DNA of 44,089 nt from Verrucomicrobiota bacterium (GCA_039798785.1 JBDKFG010000040.1:1-44089), one strand, 5' to 3'; positions 29,101 to 38,092 are shown, counted from the first letter of the stretch. Program-made: numbers and translations. Notes: generated by a model from the sequence alone, not told the origin.

Positions 29101-31697
29101 AAGAGCTGCGGATGGATCTGCTGCGGCGCTTCTACGCATTGCCCCTGCATCGCCACGCCCTGCTCCGGTTCATCGAGACGGAGGCGGTCACCCCCCTGGA
29201 GAAATTGACTCTCGAGAAGTACAACGGCTACGGATATTCGAATGAAATCGAGCTATCGAAAACGCCGGAGCTTTCTCCCGAGCGGCTTCGTTCCCCGGCG
29301 CGTCTCGCCTTGAGCGAAACTCTCCTCAAGGCCTTGCAGGCACACCCGGAGGAAATGCTGAGGCAAAACGGTTTCATCGAAGAATACACCCGCCATCTCG
29401 ATCGCCGGCAATTCCTCGCCGGCCTCGTCGCCCCGATGGGGCTCGAATCCGAATCCCTCCACAAGCTGCGCAATCTCTACGGCAATGTGGAAATCGAATC
29501 CGAATCCCTCCACAAGCTGCGCAACCTCGCCGGCACCATCCCGGGGGGCTGCCTCAAGCCGGAGGAGATCCGGCCGATCCTGACGCAGTTGAAAGGGCAA
29601 CGCGGGGACCCGCTCTTCCTGGCGACGATCAGCGCCAATCTGCGCGAGGAGGAAGCACTCGTCCTGCGCCAGCTCTATCATGCGGATCCCGCAAATCCGG
29701 CGCTCCAGGTGATGATCCCGCATCAGCTCAGCCCAGGCGAAAGCGAACTCGCCTGCCGCTACCTCTTCCTGAAAACCCAGGACATCACTGGCGGCAACAT
29801 CGATGGCTCCCCCGAGGACCTGGCGGGGGCGATGGTCTTCTGCGACAAGTTCTTCACCGATGCGAAATACCGCAACAGCTTCAACGCGAGCCTCCTGCCG
29901 CTGCTCCGATCCAAGGCGAAGTCGCCCGCCGAAGTGGCCCTCCTGCACTTGCTCGGCGGCAGCCCTTCGCCCCAGTCGATCGCCGAGCTCCTGAGCGCCG
30001 CCCGTAAGCCCGAGGCCGATGCCTCGATGCGCTGCTTCGTCCTTCACCTCGCCCTCGCCTGCCAAGGCCCCTCCGCCGAGGCCATCCGCCTGCAACTCGA
30101 GCTGCTCGAAAGCTGCCCGCCCGAGCAAAGATGGGAGATGCTTTCCGTCTCCCCGGAAAAAAACTGGTTCAGCCCACTCCCAAGAGATCTTCATGAATCC
30201 CTCGAAGACTATCGCAAGACCGCGGCTCACCGTCCTTCCTCCCTCGCCAAGCTGCAGCTCCAACTCGATTTCAGAGGCTCGGCCCGCCCGCCGGCAAACG
30301 CGGATCCGGCCTTGCCGCCCCTGCTTCGCCAAGTCGCCGAGCGTCGCCAAAAAGCCCTTGAGGAACTTCGCCAGAATCCCGACCTCTTCCTTGGCTACGC
30401 CGCCCACACCCAGGTCTTGAAGCCGGAGGAGATCTTGAGTTTCTACGAGGCGCATCCCGATCAGATCGGCAAGGACTCCGCCAGCGCCGCCGCCGTCCGC
30501 CTCCTTCAAGACGCTGCAGATCCTGAACTCGTCCCCATCCTCGATCGCCTCGCGCCGCTGCCATTCGAGCATCCCGGACGACTCATGGAAGGCGTCGGCC
30601 CTCACCAGGCCCAAATGGTCGCGCCTTGGCTACTGGCTCAGCCGAAGGCGAAAAAGTTTCTCGCTTCACTTTGCGACGAAAGGGGCTTGCTCACGGGCTT
30701 CGACGCTCCCCTTCCCAAAGCGCTTCTAGAAATCCTCGTCAGAGCTGAAAACCTCACGCCCGAGCAAGGACGCCTTTTCGTCAACGAAGCTGGCGAGGGC
30801 AACTTGAACACGATGGAGCAGCTCGACTCCTTCCTGCTTGCGAAGGGGCTGACGCAAGAATCTCCTTTGCTGCGACTTCTGCAGAAACACCACTTGCTCT
30901 CCGCCGATAGCCGCGACGCCCTTATCCCGCTGGAAGCGGACCCCGAAAAACGCCGCGACCAAGCGCTGGAGCTCCTGCGCTTCTACCTTTCCAGCCCAGC
31001 CAATGATGTCTTCGTCGCCACCCCCGAATCCAATCTCTTCAACTCTCTTCGGATCCGCTTGGCGGAATTGGCGAGTCAAGCTGCGACTGAAGAGCTTCTT
31101 CTCGCCGATATCCCCTTTGATCAAGGCCACCCGACGCGGCGTCTGAACTGCCTGTACAACCTCGACGAGGAGTTTGAGGAGGTGAAGTCGCTCAGCTATG
31201 ACGAGTCCGACAAGGTCGGATGGGATTTAGCGAGCCGCCGGCATCAGCTGCACCGCGAGCTTCACGCGGCTCGCTTAAAAGTCTTCCACCAGCTCCGAAA
31301 TCCCTCGCCGCAGTGTCTCCACGCCTTGACCCTGGCGCCGCCGCGGGACTTCGCCCTTCTGGCCGAGCCTTATTTCCAGCGCCAGGCCTGGCCGGAGTGG
31401 GCCAGCGCCTTGATCCTGCGTCTGCCGCCGGAGAAAGCCAAGGTTCATCTCCAAAGACTCTTGCGCGACAAATCCAAAGAAATGGCCGAAAGCGGCGAAA
31501 TCCTCTGGCTTCTGGGGAAATTGCTGGACTCGGACGAGTCGCCGCGTTCCGAACCCATCCTCGACGAAGCCTACAAAAAAGCCTTGAAGCCGCTGCTTCC
31601 CGAACTCGAAGGGCTCGCCGCAAGCGCCAAGCTGGCGACGCTGCCGGCGACGCCGGAGGAGAAATGGCAGGCGCCGCAGCTCCCGTCCCGCGAATAA
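26181..31697 (+). CDS. Large (~1838 aa) HEAT/ARM-like alpha-solenoid protein, possibly exported
   Basis: Leu/Ala-rich with HEAT-like units (LLSDRDPATRCAALEAL, LTDPDPEVIIAAL, LSQRDWSLRARAIQAL); signal-like N-terminus MNSLLLSLLLAQ. Confidence 0.7.
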   Translation: MNSLLLSLLLAQSSPPDLTPEELPARYGAFSALEKRRLLPLWASHGPGTAASRYTALLELLDRPDLTEADVALIAFVATRIQSPEMARKLPGRASTPELRRRYAPLFSAAPGPESFTILLELSLAKPEDEELRKHLAAALDRNCLEQVEKLLPLQPELASPLARQLLGLAPDDPADPAALALRLGVLKSRRPQSPESFPQELVERLASAYRQAAKLPAKQVLENPPSELFSAEFPPPLHRRVAPLVAFPENSPLRSLNLARSLGLCAEAFQQHHELLPRLFAADARSRAAAFNSLVDKPAPLLYPALAGLLSDRDPATRCAALEALDALAASHPIESLAASGSIKAQIAAALTDPDPEVIIAALKLSGSLQLVDLRPLVASHLSSAKPEILKAAIQAYALLNGSPEALLPLLSQRDWSLRARAIQALSTYEMPKIPADQILQALGRESEEINRVALLELLTQLDPDQSLAQLRAFCHDESRPLALRHHAAAALAKHPKVEALDLAKARPLLATASAETRLAWLAAALNKKVYQSSDLELILPPDISPQGLRQLLELASVKLIDGLEKKLQPSMAAFMSVKTLTTVFDAYSIPAEQRSAYLRHHFESLGETSPEKLLALVKFPRLKDAPEDDALVSTWGCTFGIPKEEIDILCRDLTVRITPSWPAPSRLAVKLICGESIPAAEWQDTIRSLHKIPAANEALFILLDRAPRAVLKNEVDPIFRSLDFENPGLDKFLERFEWTCLVSEEAQTEIFQSREMSLPALGRLSKHFSLPPDRVIWAIQAQQQIALKKQGPRILNLDEVTDVLTSRLDSLKLSADSLKFLASLPCPRWPDFEGSISEESQELIQRLILSGELRGEGVAPLLSSCRAVPNPRFLKIMLAAAERGHEVELQLNQEGLDFWREALESCPSIDTRALCLAVIALRYAHTEEENSPAPELPPKFLAILRQSAATAPRDSICAFLAIAKRSPGALPEELRMDLLRRFYALPLHRHALLRFIETEAVTPLEKLTLEKYNGYGYSNEIELSKTPELSPERLRSPARLALSETLLKALQAHPEEMLRQNGFIEEYTRHLDRRQFLAGLVAPMGLESESLHKLRNLYGNVEIESESLHKLRNLAGTIPGGCLKPEEIRPILTQLKGQRGDPLFLATISANLREEEALVLRQLYHADPANPALQVMIPHQLSPGESELACRYLFLKTQDITGGNIDGSPEDLAGAMVFCDKFFTDAKYRNSFNASLLPLLRSKAKSPAEVALLHLLGGSPSPQSIAELLSAARKPEADASMRCFVLHLALACQGPSAEAIRLQLELLESCPPEQRWEMLSVSPEKNWFSPLPRDLHESLEDYRKTAAHRPSSLAKLQLQLDFRGSARPPANADPALPPLLRQVAERRQKALEELRQNPDLFLGYAAHTQVLKPEEILSFYEAHPDQIGKDSASAAAVRLLQDAADPELVPILDRLAPLPFEHPGRLMEGVGPHQAQMVAPWLLAQPKAKKFLASLCDERGLLTGFDAPLPKALLEILVRAENLTPEQGRLFVNEAGEGNLNTMEQLDSFLLAKGLTQESPLLRLLQKHHLLSADSRDALIPLEADPEKRRDQALELLRFYLSSPANDVFVATPESNLFNSLRIRLAELASQAATEELLLADIPFDQGHPTRRLNCLYNLDEEFEEVKSLSYDESDKVGWDLASRRHQLHRELHAARLKVFHQLRNPSPQCLHALTLAPPRDFALLAEPYFQRQAWPEWASALILRLPPEKAKVHLQRLLRDKSKEMAESGEILWLLGKLLDSDESPRSEPILDEAYKKALKPLLPELEGLAASAKLATLPATPEEKWQAPQLPSRE
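29443..29524 (+). repeat. In-frame 31-bp direct repeat, 51-bp period
   Basis: TCGAATCCGAATCCCTCCACAAGCTGCGCAA at 29443 and 29494, giving ESESLHKLRNL twice. Confidence 0.85.
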
Positions 31698-31710
31698 CGA
31701 GCTCAAACGG

Positions 31711-32499
31711 TCAACTGGCCTTGGGCGGGAAGAGCGGCGGCAGGAGTCCCAGCGAGCTGGCCTCGGCCAGGGCGGCGAGGATGCGTTCCTCGTGCAGCTC
31801 TTCCAGCTCGTCGAGGCTGTCGATGACGAAATATTTCGGCTGCATGATGTCGATCCGGTAGGGGGTGCGGAGCGCCTGGACGAGATCAAGCTTCTCGTGG
31901 ATGACGCCGGGCGCCGACAAGGCGTGATCGGTTTCGCCGATCGAGGAGAGGATGCCGCCGCCGTAGATCTTGGTTTTTCCAGCTTCCCGGATGAGGCCGA
32001 ATTCGACCGTGAACCAGTACAGCCGGGCGAGGCGGACCCGGTCCTTGTGGCAGGCGGCCTTGCCCATCTTGGCGTAGCGATGGGTGAAGTCGGCGAAGCG
32101 GGGGTCGGTCAACATCGGGCAATGGCCGAAGATCTCGTGAAAGATGTCGGGCTCCTGCAGGTAGTCGATTTCGTCGCGGGTGCGGATGAAGGTGGCGCAG
32201 GGGAAGCGGCGCGCCGCCAGCAGCTCGAAAAAGGTGTCGAAGTCGATCAGGGCCGGCACCGCGGCCAGTTCCCAGCCGCTGCAGCGGCGCAGGACGGCAT
32301 TGACCTCTTCCAGCTGCGGCACCCGGTCGCGCGGCAGGTTCAGCGTCTCCAGACCTTCGAGATAGTTGTGGCAAGCGGTGTCGCGACTGCGACGCAGCTG
32401 CCGCTCCACCAAGAAGGCCCAGATGGCGTTTTCTTCGTCGCTCCAGGCGACCTGCCCCGCGGCATCCACCGGGTGGGAAACATATTTGCTGCCCTTCAT
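31711..32499 (-). CDS. phhA: Phenylalanine 4-monooxygenase
   Basis: DYLQEPDIFHEIFGHCP, RLYWFTVEFGL, YGGGILSS, RTPYRIDIMQP. Confidence 0.95.
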   Translation of the reverse strand: MKGSKYVSHPVDAAGQVAWSDEENAIWAFLVERQLRRSRDTACHNYLEGLETLNLPRDRVPQLEEVNAVLRRCSGWELAAVPALIDFDTFFELLAARRFPCATFIRTRDEIDYLQEPDIFHEIFGHCPMLTDPRFADFTHRYAKMGKAACHKDRVRLARLYWFTVEFGLIREAGKTKIYGGGILSSIGETDHALSAPGVIHEKLDLVQALRTPYRIDIMQPKYFVIDSLDELEELHEERILAALAEASSLGLLPPLFPPKAS

Positions 32500-32579
32500 C
32501 GCCGTCCTCCTTGGCCTCGCTTAAATTTATGACACGACCTCTCATTAAACAAGCCCGCGGCGATAGAAATGCTTTCGCC

Positions 32580-33200
32580 TCAAGGCTTCAAAAGGCGAAG
32601 AAAGGCGGCGATTTTCGCCGGATCCTTGACTCCCGGAGCGGATTCGACGCCGGAGGAGAGGTCGACGCCATCCGCCTCGACGAACTGCAAGGCCTGGCGG
32701 ACATTGCCGACATGGAGGCCGCCGGCGAGGAGGACGGGCAAGGGGCTGCTGGCGATGAAATCCCTTGCCAATTCCCAGTCGCCGGTCTCGCCGGTGCCGC
32801 CGGGCAGTTCGGCGTGGCGGGGGGCGCTGTCGCAAACCACCCGGGAACAGGGGAAATCCCGGGCTCTGAGGCCGTCCGAGGCCTGTCCCAGCCGGAGAGC
32901 CAGCCAGACTTCGCAGGGCAGACTGCGGGCGAATTCCGGGGATTCCTGTCCGTGCAATTGCACCACGTCGCATCCGGCCTCAAGGTAGGGCAAGATCTCG
33001 TCGCGCTTAGCGTTGACACAGACCAGGACTTTTTTCAGGCTGGCGGGCAGGCCGGCGCAACAAAGGCGCACCTGCTCCGGGCTCACATGGCGCGGCGACT
33101 TGGGGAAGTTGACGAAACCGATGGCATCGGCGCCCAGGTCGCAGGCGAGCCGGGCATGATCTGCTTCGCGCAGACCGCAGATTTTGACGAAAGGGGGCAT
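32580..33200 (-). CDS. trpF: Phosphoribosylanthranilate isomerase
   Basis: VKICGL, SPRHV, VQLHGQE, GGTGETGDW, LAGGL, GVDLSSGVE. Confidence 0.95.
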   Translation of the reverse strand: MPPFVKICGLREADHARLACDLGADAIGFVNFPKSPRHVSPEQVRLCCAGLPASLKKVLVCVNAKRDEILPYLEAGCDVVQLHGQESPEFARSLPCEVWLALRLGQASDGLRARDFPCSRVVCDSAPRHAELPGGTGETGDWELARDFIASSPLPVLLAGGLHVGNVRQALQFVEADGVDLSSGVESAPGVKDPAKIAAFLRLLKP

Positions 33201-33203
33201 AGG

Positions 33204-33349
33204 AGTTTAAGAAGTTTAAAGGGTTTAAAAAGTTTAAGAAGTTTAAGAGGTTTGAGATTGGAGCTTCATAACAAGAGGCAACGGGGCGGCAGGCAATTCC
33301 CCAACTTCCAACTCCTTACACTGTTTAAACTGCTTAAACTGTTTAAACG
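33204..33349. repeat. Inverted pair of 9-nt-period tandem arrays between queC and trpF
   Basis: GTTT recurs at 33205, 33214, 33223, 33232, 33241, 33250; complementary (C/T)TTAAACTG-like units at 33315, 33324, 33333, 33342. Confidence 0.8.
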
Positions 33350-34032
33350 GGATCGACCGTTCCCGCCTCGAGGAAGGCCTTGCGGCGTTCGACGCAGGAG
33401 GGGCAGGTGCCGCAGGATTTTTCGCCGCCGCGGTAGCAGGTCCAGGTGTCTTCGATCTTGACTCCGAGGCGAAGGGCGGCGCGGACGACATCGGCTTTGC
33501 GCCAGTGGACGAAGGGGGCGTGGATGTGGACGGCGTCGCGGCGGTTGAGGGCGAGGACGCTGTTGATCCTGACAAGGAAGTCTTCTGTGCAGTCCCAATA
33601 GCCATATTCATCCTGAGCCTGGGCGCCATAATAGACCTCGGTGGCGCCGCGGGCTTCAGCACAGGCCGCGGCGAGGGAGAGGAGTGTCATGTTGCGGTTG
33701 GGCACGTAGGTCGGCGGCTGGGTTTCGTCGCCCGGTTTGAGATCTGCTAGATCACCGACTTCAGCGCCGCCGCGAACGAGGGAGGATCCTTGAGCGATGG
33801 CGGCGCCGAGGAAATGGATGTCCATGATCACATGCTCAATCACTTCAGGAAGGGCTGCCGCCTGGGCGGCCGCGGCCTTGAGCTCGCGGTCGTGGCGCTG
33901 ACCATAATCGAAGGAGAGCGCGACGACGCGGCGGACGCCGAGATCCTTGACCACATGGTGGAGAAGGGTCGAGGAGTCGAGGCCGCCGCTAAGGAGAACC
34001 AGAGCCGGGCGTGGATCAGTGGTGACAGACAC
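33343..34032 (-). CDS. queC: 7-cyano-7-deazaguanine synthase
   Basis: LLSGGLDS, FDYGQRH, TYVPNRN, GYWDC, TWTCY...CGTCPSC. Confidence 0.95.
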   Translation of the reverse strand: MSVTTDPRPALVLLSGGLDSSTLLHHVVKDLGVRRVVALSFDYGQRHDRELKAAAAQAAALPEVIEHVIMDIHFLGAAIAQGSSLVRGGAEVGDLADLKPGDETQPPTYVPNRNMTLLSLAAACAEARGATEVYYGAQAQDEYGYWDCTEDFLVRINSVLALNRRDAVHIHAPFVHWRKADVVRAALRLGVKIEDTWTCYRGGEKSCGTCPSCVERRKAFLEAGTVDPV

Positions 34033-36280
34033 GTTGCAGCTGCTCGAAGTCGATGGAGCCTTTGAAGATCTTCCAGATGCCGTCCTGCATCAGGGTGCGC
34101 ATGCCGTCGGCGATGGCCTGGTCACGGATCGGAGCGACGGGAGATTTTTTGGCGACCAGCTTTTTCATTTCCTTGGTGCCCTTGAGGACCTCGTGAATGC
34201 CGACTCGTCCGCGGGTGCCGGTGCCGAGGCACTTGTCGCAGGTGGGCTTGTCGCCGACCTTGCGAAGCTCCACTGTCTCTTCGTCGATCTTCAGTTCCGG
34301 GAACATCTCTTCGCCGTAGAAATGCTTGAGCTTGTTCATCAGCTCTTCATCGGGGCGGTGCGGCGCCTTGCATTTCGGGCAGAGGGTGCGGACGAGACGC
34401 TGGGCGACGACACCGACGAGGGCGTCAGCGAAGTTGAGCGGGTCGAGGCCGATGTCGAGGAGACGGATGACGGTTTCAGGGGCCGAGTTGGTGTGCAGGG
34501 TGGAGAAGACCAAGTGGCCGGTGAGGGAGGCTTCGACGCCGGCGCCGGCGGTTTCGTGGTCGCGCATCTCACCGATGAGGATGATGTCCGGGTCGCAGCG
34601 CAAGAAGGCGCGGAGGGCGATGGCGAAGGTGTAGCCGGCTTTCGGCAGGACCTGCACCTGCTGCAGGCCGGGCTGGGTGATTTCGACCGGGTCTTCGGCG
34701 GTGAGGATCTTGCGTTCGCCGTCGTTGAGGAGGGCGAGGATGGCGTGCAGAGTGGTGGTCTTGCCGGAGCCGGTGGGGCCGACGACGAGGACCAGTCCGT
34801 GCGGGTTGGCGATGAAGTCGCGAATCGCTTCCTGGTTGGCGTCGCTGAGCATCAGCTTGTCAAAGGGCATGGCCTTGTCGCCAGCGGCAAGGATACGCAT
34901 GACGGCGCTTTCGCCGTTGACCACCGGCAGGGTGGCGACGCGGAGTTCGACGATCTTGCCGGAGATCTTCAGGGTGATCTTGCCGTCCTGCGGCTTGCGG
35001 CGTTCGGCGATGTCGAGGTTGGAGAGGATCTTGATGCGGGAGACGGCGGGGCGCATCAGGGTCGAAGGAATGGTCATCACGGTGCGGCAGACGCCGTCGA
35101 CGCGGAAGCGGACTTCGCCGGGCTTGGTGCCTTTGTGCGGCTCGATGTGGATGTCGGAGACACCGTCGTTGTAGGCCTTGGCGATGATCTTGTTGACCAG
35201 CTGGATGACCATCGACTCCTGGTCCTGGTTGAGGATGTCGTCGTCCTCTTCCTTCTTGCCGTCGGTAGCGACATCGAGGCCCTTGGCATCGATGATCAGG
35301 CCTTCGAGGTTGGTGAAGTCATCCATTTTCTTGTTGCCCTTGACGTCGAGGCCAAGGTATTTGTGGATGTCTTCGCCGAGGGCGACGTGGAATTCGCAGT
35401 ACACTGCTCGGATGATGTTCTGGATCTCCATGATCAGCTCTTCGTTCGACGGGTCGGCGATGAGGATCACCGCCTTTTCGCCGTCGTTGGAGATTGGGAC
35501 CCAGTAGTTGGTTGCCATGAAGTTCTTGTTGAGGTTCTCGAGGAGCGCCTTGTCGATCTTGAAATTCTCGTCGAAGTTATGGAACGGCAGCTGATAGAAC
35601 GACGAAAGGGCGCGGCCGATCTCCTCGGAGGTGATTTCGTAATCCTTGCGGAGGATTTCAGTGATCGGCTTGCCGCTGCTTGCGGCCTTGCCTTCGGCAT
35701 CTTCAAGCTGATCGAGCTTGAGGCGTCCGTCCTGAACCAGCTGGTCGTAGGGCCCGCGACCGGTCTTGAGCTCGTAACGGAACTTCTCGGCGATCAGCTT
35801 GGCGACTTCGAGAGCCATGTAATAGGTTTCGTCCTGGAAGGGGCCGCCTTTGACGTGGTTGATCACTTGGAGAACGCCGACGAGCTTCTCCTTCCAGATG
35901 ATCGGCACGGTGATCATCGCCTCGGTGAGATAGCCAGAAGCCTGGTCGAAGGAGTGGTCGAACTGCAGCTGGCCGTTGACGCTTTCGAGATATTCCGAGT
36001 CGTAGGCGTCATCGACCATCAATGACTGCTGGGTCTGGGCGACATAACCAGCGATCGAGGCAGGCGAGACGTGCAGGCGGATCTCCTCGACCGCGTCGCG
36101 GGAGGTGCGGTACATCGACACGATCTCGTGGCCGTTGGCGTCTTTCTGGTAGATGGTGAATCTCTCGGCCTGGAACTGGGCGAGAAGCTGCGATTCCAGT
36201 TCCCAGAGGCAGTCTTCCAGACGCTCGGCGGAGCTCATCTGCTTCAGGAGTTCTTTGAAGGCGTCATCGAGTTCGACCAT
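34016..36280 (-). CDS. GspE/PilB-family secretion or pilus ATPase with an N-terminal GAF domain
   Basis: SDIHIEP, LDIAERRKPQDG, GPTGSGKTTT, TAEDPVE, LRCDPDIILIGEMRD, STLHTN; GAF motif (SIAGYVA...VGVLQVIN). Confidence 0.9.
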   Translation of the reverse strand: MVELDDAFKELLKQMSSAERLEDCLWELESQLLAQFQAERFTIYQKDANGHEIVSMYRTSRDAVEEIRLHVSPASIAGYVAQTQQSLMVDDAYDSEYLESVNGQLQFDHSFDQASGYLTEAMITVPIIWKEKLVGVLQVINHVKGGPFQDETYYMALEVAKLIAEKFRYELKTGRGPYDQLVQDGRLKLDQLEDAEGKAASSGKPITEILRKDYEITSEEIGRALSSFYQLPFHNFDENFKIDKALLENLNKNFMATNYWVPISNDGEKAVILIADPSNEELIMEIQNIIRAVYCEFHVALGEDIHKYLGLDVKGNKKMDDFTNLEGLIIDAKGLDVATDGKKEEDDDILNQDQESMVIQLVNKIIAKAYNDGVSDIHIEPHKGTKPGEVRFRVDGVCRTVMTIPSTLMRPAVSRIKILSNLDIAERRKPQDGKITLKISGKIVELRVATLPVVNGESAVMRILAAGDKAMPFDKLMLSDANQEAIRDFIANPHGLVLVVGPTGSGKTTTLHAILALLNDGERKILTAEDPVEITQPGLQQVQVLPKAGYTFAIALRAFLRCDPDIILIGEMRDHETAGAGVEASLTGHLVFSTLHTNSAPETVIRLLDIGLDPLNFADALVGVVAQRLVRTLCPKCKAPHRPDEELMNKLKHFYGEEMFPELKIDEETVELRKVGDKPTCDKCLGTGTRGRVGIHEVLKGTKEMKKLVAKKSPVAPIRDQAIADGMRTLMQDGIWKIFKGSIDFEQLQRVCHH

Positions 36281-36463
36281 GATTTTTACCTCGTTTTGGC
36301 TTGCAGAGCAGTCACTTCAAAAATGCGGCGCAGGTCATAAAAAGCAAGCCGGATGATAAATCCGGAATGGATTTCCTTGCCTGAACATCTCCGTGACTAG
36401 GATTAGAATCGCCTTGGAGCTCTCAATGTTCAGCTTTGGAGCCACCACCGCCCCATAGGCAAT

Positions 36464-36835
36464 TCAATTTTGAAGGGCTTTTTTCACCCGGGCGAGAAAA
36501 TGCAGCTCCGAGCTGGTGATCTTCCCGTCGGCATTGAGCACCTGGTTGACTACATGCAGGGCGGCGGCCCGTTCGCCGCGCTCTGAAAACACTGACGCGG
36601 CGGAGGCGATCCGGGCCTCCAAGGCGGCGGGGAGATCGAGAAGACGCCTGACGCGGGTGGTGGCGGCGTCGCAGAATGCCTCGCGTTCCGGGACTCCCTC
36701 AGGTCCAGACGAGGCGAGTAGGCGTCCGAGAGCCGCTTCCTCGCTGATTGCCAGATGGCCGTCGGAATAGATGCCGATGAGAACGAGATCAGCAAGAAGT
36801 TCGAGCTGGGCAGGGCTGAAGGAAGGGCTGGACAT
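36464..36835 (-). CDS. TerB-like small helical protein
   Basis: Two ADG-x-x-x-x-E-like motifs (SDGHLAISEE, ADGKITSSE); AGGAG RBS on the minus strand. Confidence 0.55.
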   Translation of the reverse strand: MSSPSFSPAQLELLADLVLIGIYSDGHLAISEEAALGRLLASSGPEGVPEREAFCDAATTRVRRLLDLPAALEARIASAASVFSERGERAAALHVVNQVLNADGKITSSELHFLARVKKALQN

Positions 36836-36936
36836 GGCTGAGGGCTCCTGAATTGAGGATGAAGGAAAAATCGATTGGTTGAAAATCGCACCTTTGTAGA
36901 TGAATTACAAGTGCGGTTACAAGCATGTATTTTTGG

Positions 36937-36977
36937 AAATGACAGGCAAGAAAAAAAATGACAGGAACCCTTGTCAT
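36937..36977. promoter_or_regulatory. Putative operator upstream of the pdh operon
   Basis: AAATGACAGG repeated at 36937 and 36956; palindrome ATGACA-N8-TGTCAT at 36958-36977 in an AT-rich divergent region. Confidence 0.4.
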
Positions 36978-37107
36978 GCTTTTGGCGAAGTACGCATCAC
37001 GCGGTATTGTTGGGGCCGTTCCGCCGGAATCCGAAGCCGCGACACCCTTCCAATGCGGAATCCGCAGCTTCCCCGGCCACCGACTTGCAAAGAGGAAACG
37101 CAAAAAC

Positions 37108-38073
37108 ATGAAGCCGATCACCAAAGAAAACGCCTGGAAGATGCTCGAGCAGATGATTCTCTGCCGTCGCTTCGAAGAGGCCACCATCAAGGCCTACCAG
37201 CAGAAATTCATCACCGGATTCCTGCACACCTACATCGGCCAGGAAGCCTGCGCCGTCGGAGCGATGGCCCACATGACCGAGGAAGACTCCTTCGTCACCT
37301 CGTACCGCTGCCACGCGCAAGGCCTGATCGCCGGCATGTCTCCGCGCAGCGTCATGGCCGAGATGTTCGGCCGCATCACCGGCTGCGTCCGCGGCAAGGG
37401 CGGTTCGATGCACGTCTTCTCCAAGCAGCACAAGCACCTCGGCGGCCACGGCATCGTCGGCGGCCAGATCCCCATCGGGGCCGGCGCCGCCTTCGCCAAC
37501 CGCTACCAGGGCGGCAACGGCATCAACCTCTGCTACTTCGGCGACGGCGCCTCGATGCAGGGCGTCTTCCACGAGTGCATGAACCTCGCCTCGCTCTGGA
37601 ACATCCCGGTCATCTACATCTGCGAAAACAACATGTACGGCATGGGCACGCGCAACGACCGAGCCCTCTCCAACACCGAAGTGCAGGAGTTCGCCGCCGC
37701 CTACAAGGTCAAGGGTTACAAGGTCGACGGCATGGACCTGGTCGCCTCGCACAAGGCCTTCGGCGAAATCATCGAAGAAGCCCGCAAGACTTCGCGCCCG
37801 GCGCTGGTCAACGTCGTCACCTACCGCTTCAAGGGCCACTCGGTCTCCGACGCCGGCTCCTACCGCACCGCCGAAGAGCTGCAGTGCTGGATGGACAAGG
37901 ACCCCATCGGCAAGTTCTTCCAGCACATGCAGAAGCAGGGCTGGATCGACGACGATGGCTTCAAGGGCCTGGAGAAAAAAGTCAAGGACATCGTCGCCGA
38001 CGCCGTCCAGTTCGCCGAGGAGTCCCCCTGGCCTCCGATGGACGAACTCACCAAGCACACCTACGCCGACTGA
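37108..38073 (+). CDS. pdhA: Pyruvate dehydrogenase E1 alpha subunit
   Basis: GFLHTYIGQEA, GKGGSMH, FGDGA...ENN TPP motif, TYRFKGHSVSD. Confidence 0.93.
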   Translation: MKPITKENAWKMLEQMILCRRFEEATIKAYQQKFITGFLHTYIGQEACAVGAMAHMTEEDSFVTSYRCHAQGLIAGMSPRSVMAEMFGRITGCVRGKGGSMHVFSKQHKHLGGHGIVGGQIPIGAGAAFANRYQGGNGINLCYFGDGASMQGVFHECMNLASLWNIPVIYICENNMYGMGTRNDRALSNTEVQEFAAAYKVKGYKVDGMDLVASHKAFGEIIEEARKTSRPALVNVVTYRFKGHSVSDAGSYRTAEELQCWMDKDPIGKFFQHMQKQGWIDDDGFKGLEKKVKDIVADAVQFAEESPWPPMDELTKHTYAD

Positions 38074-38092
38074 TCTCCGAGGAGCCCATCAC

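Noticed and set aside
33343..34032. queC as part of a Dpd DNA-modification or QatC defence system
   Set aside because: Canonical length and motifs, and no dpdA or qat genes nearby; queuosine biosynthesis is the simpler reading.
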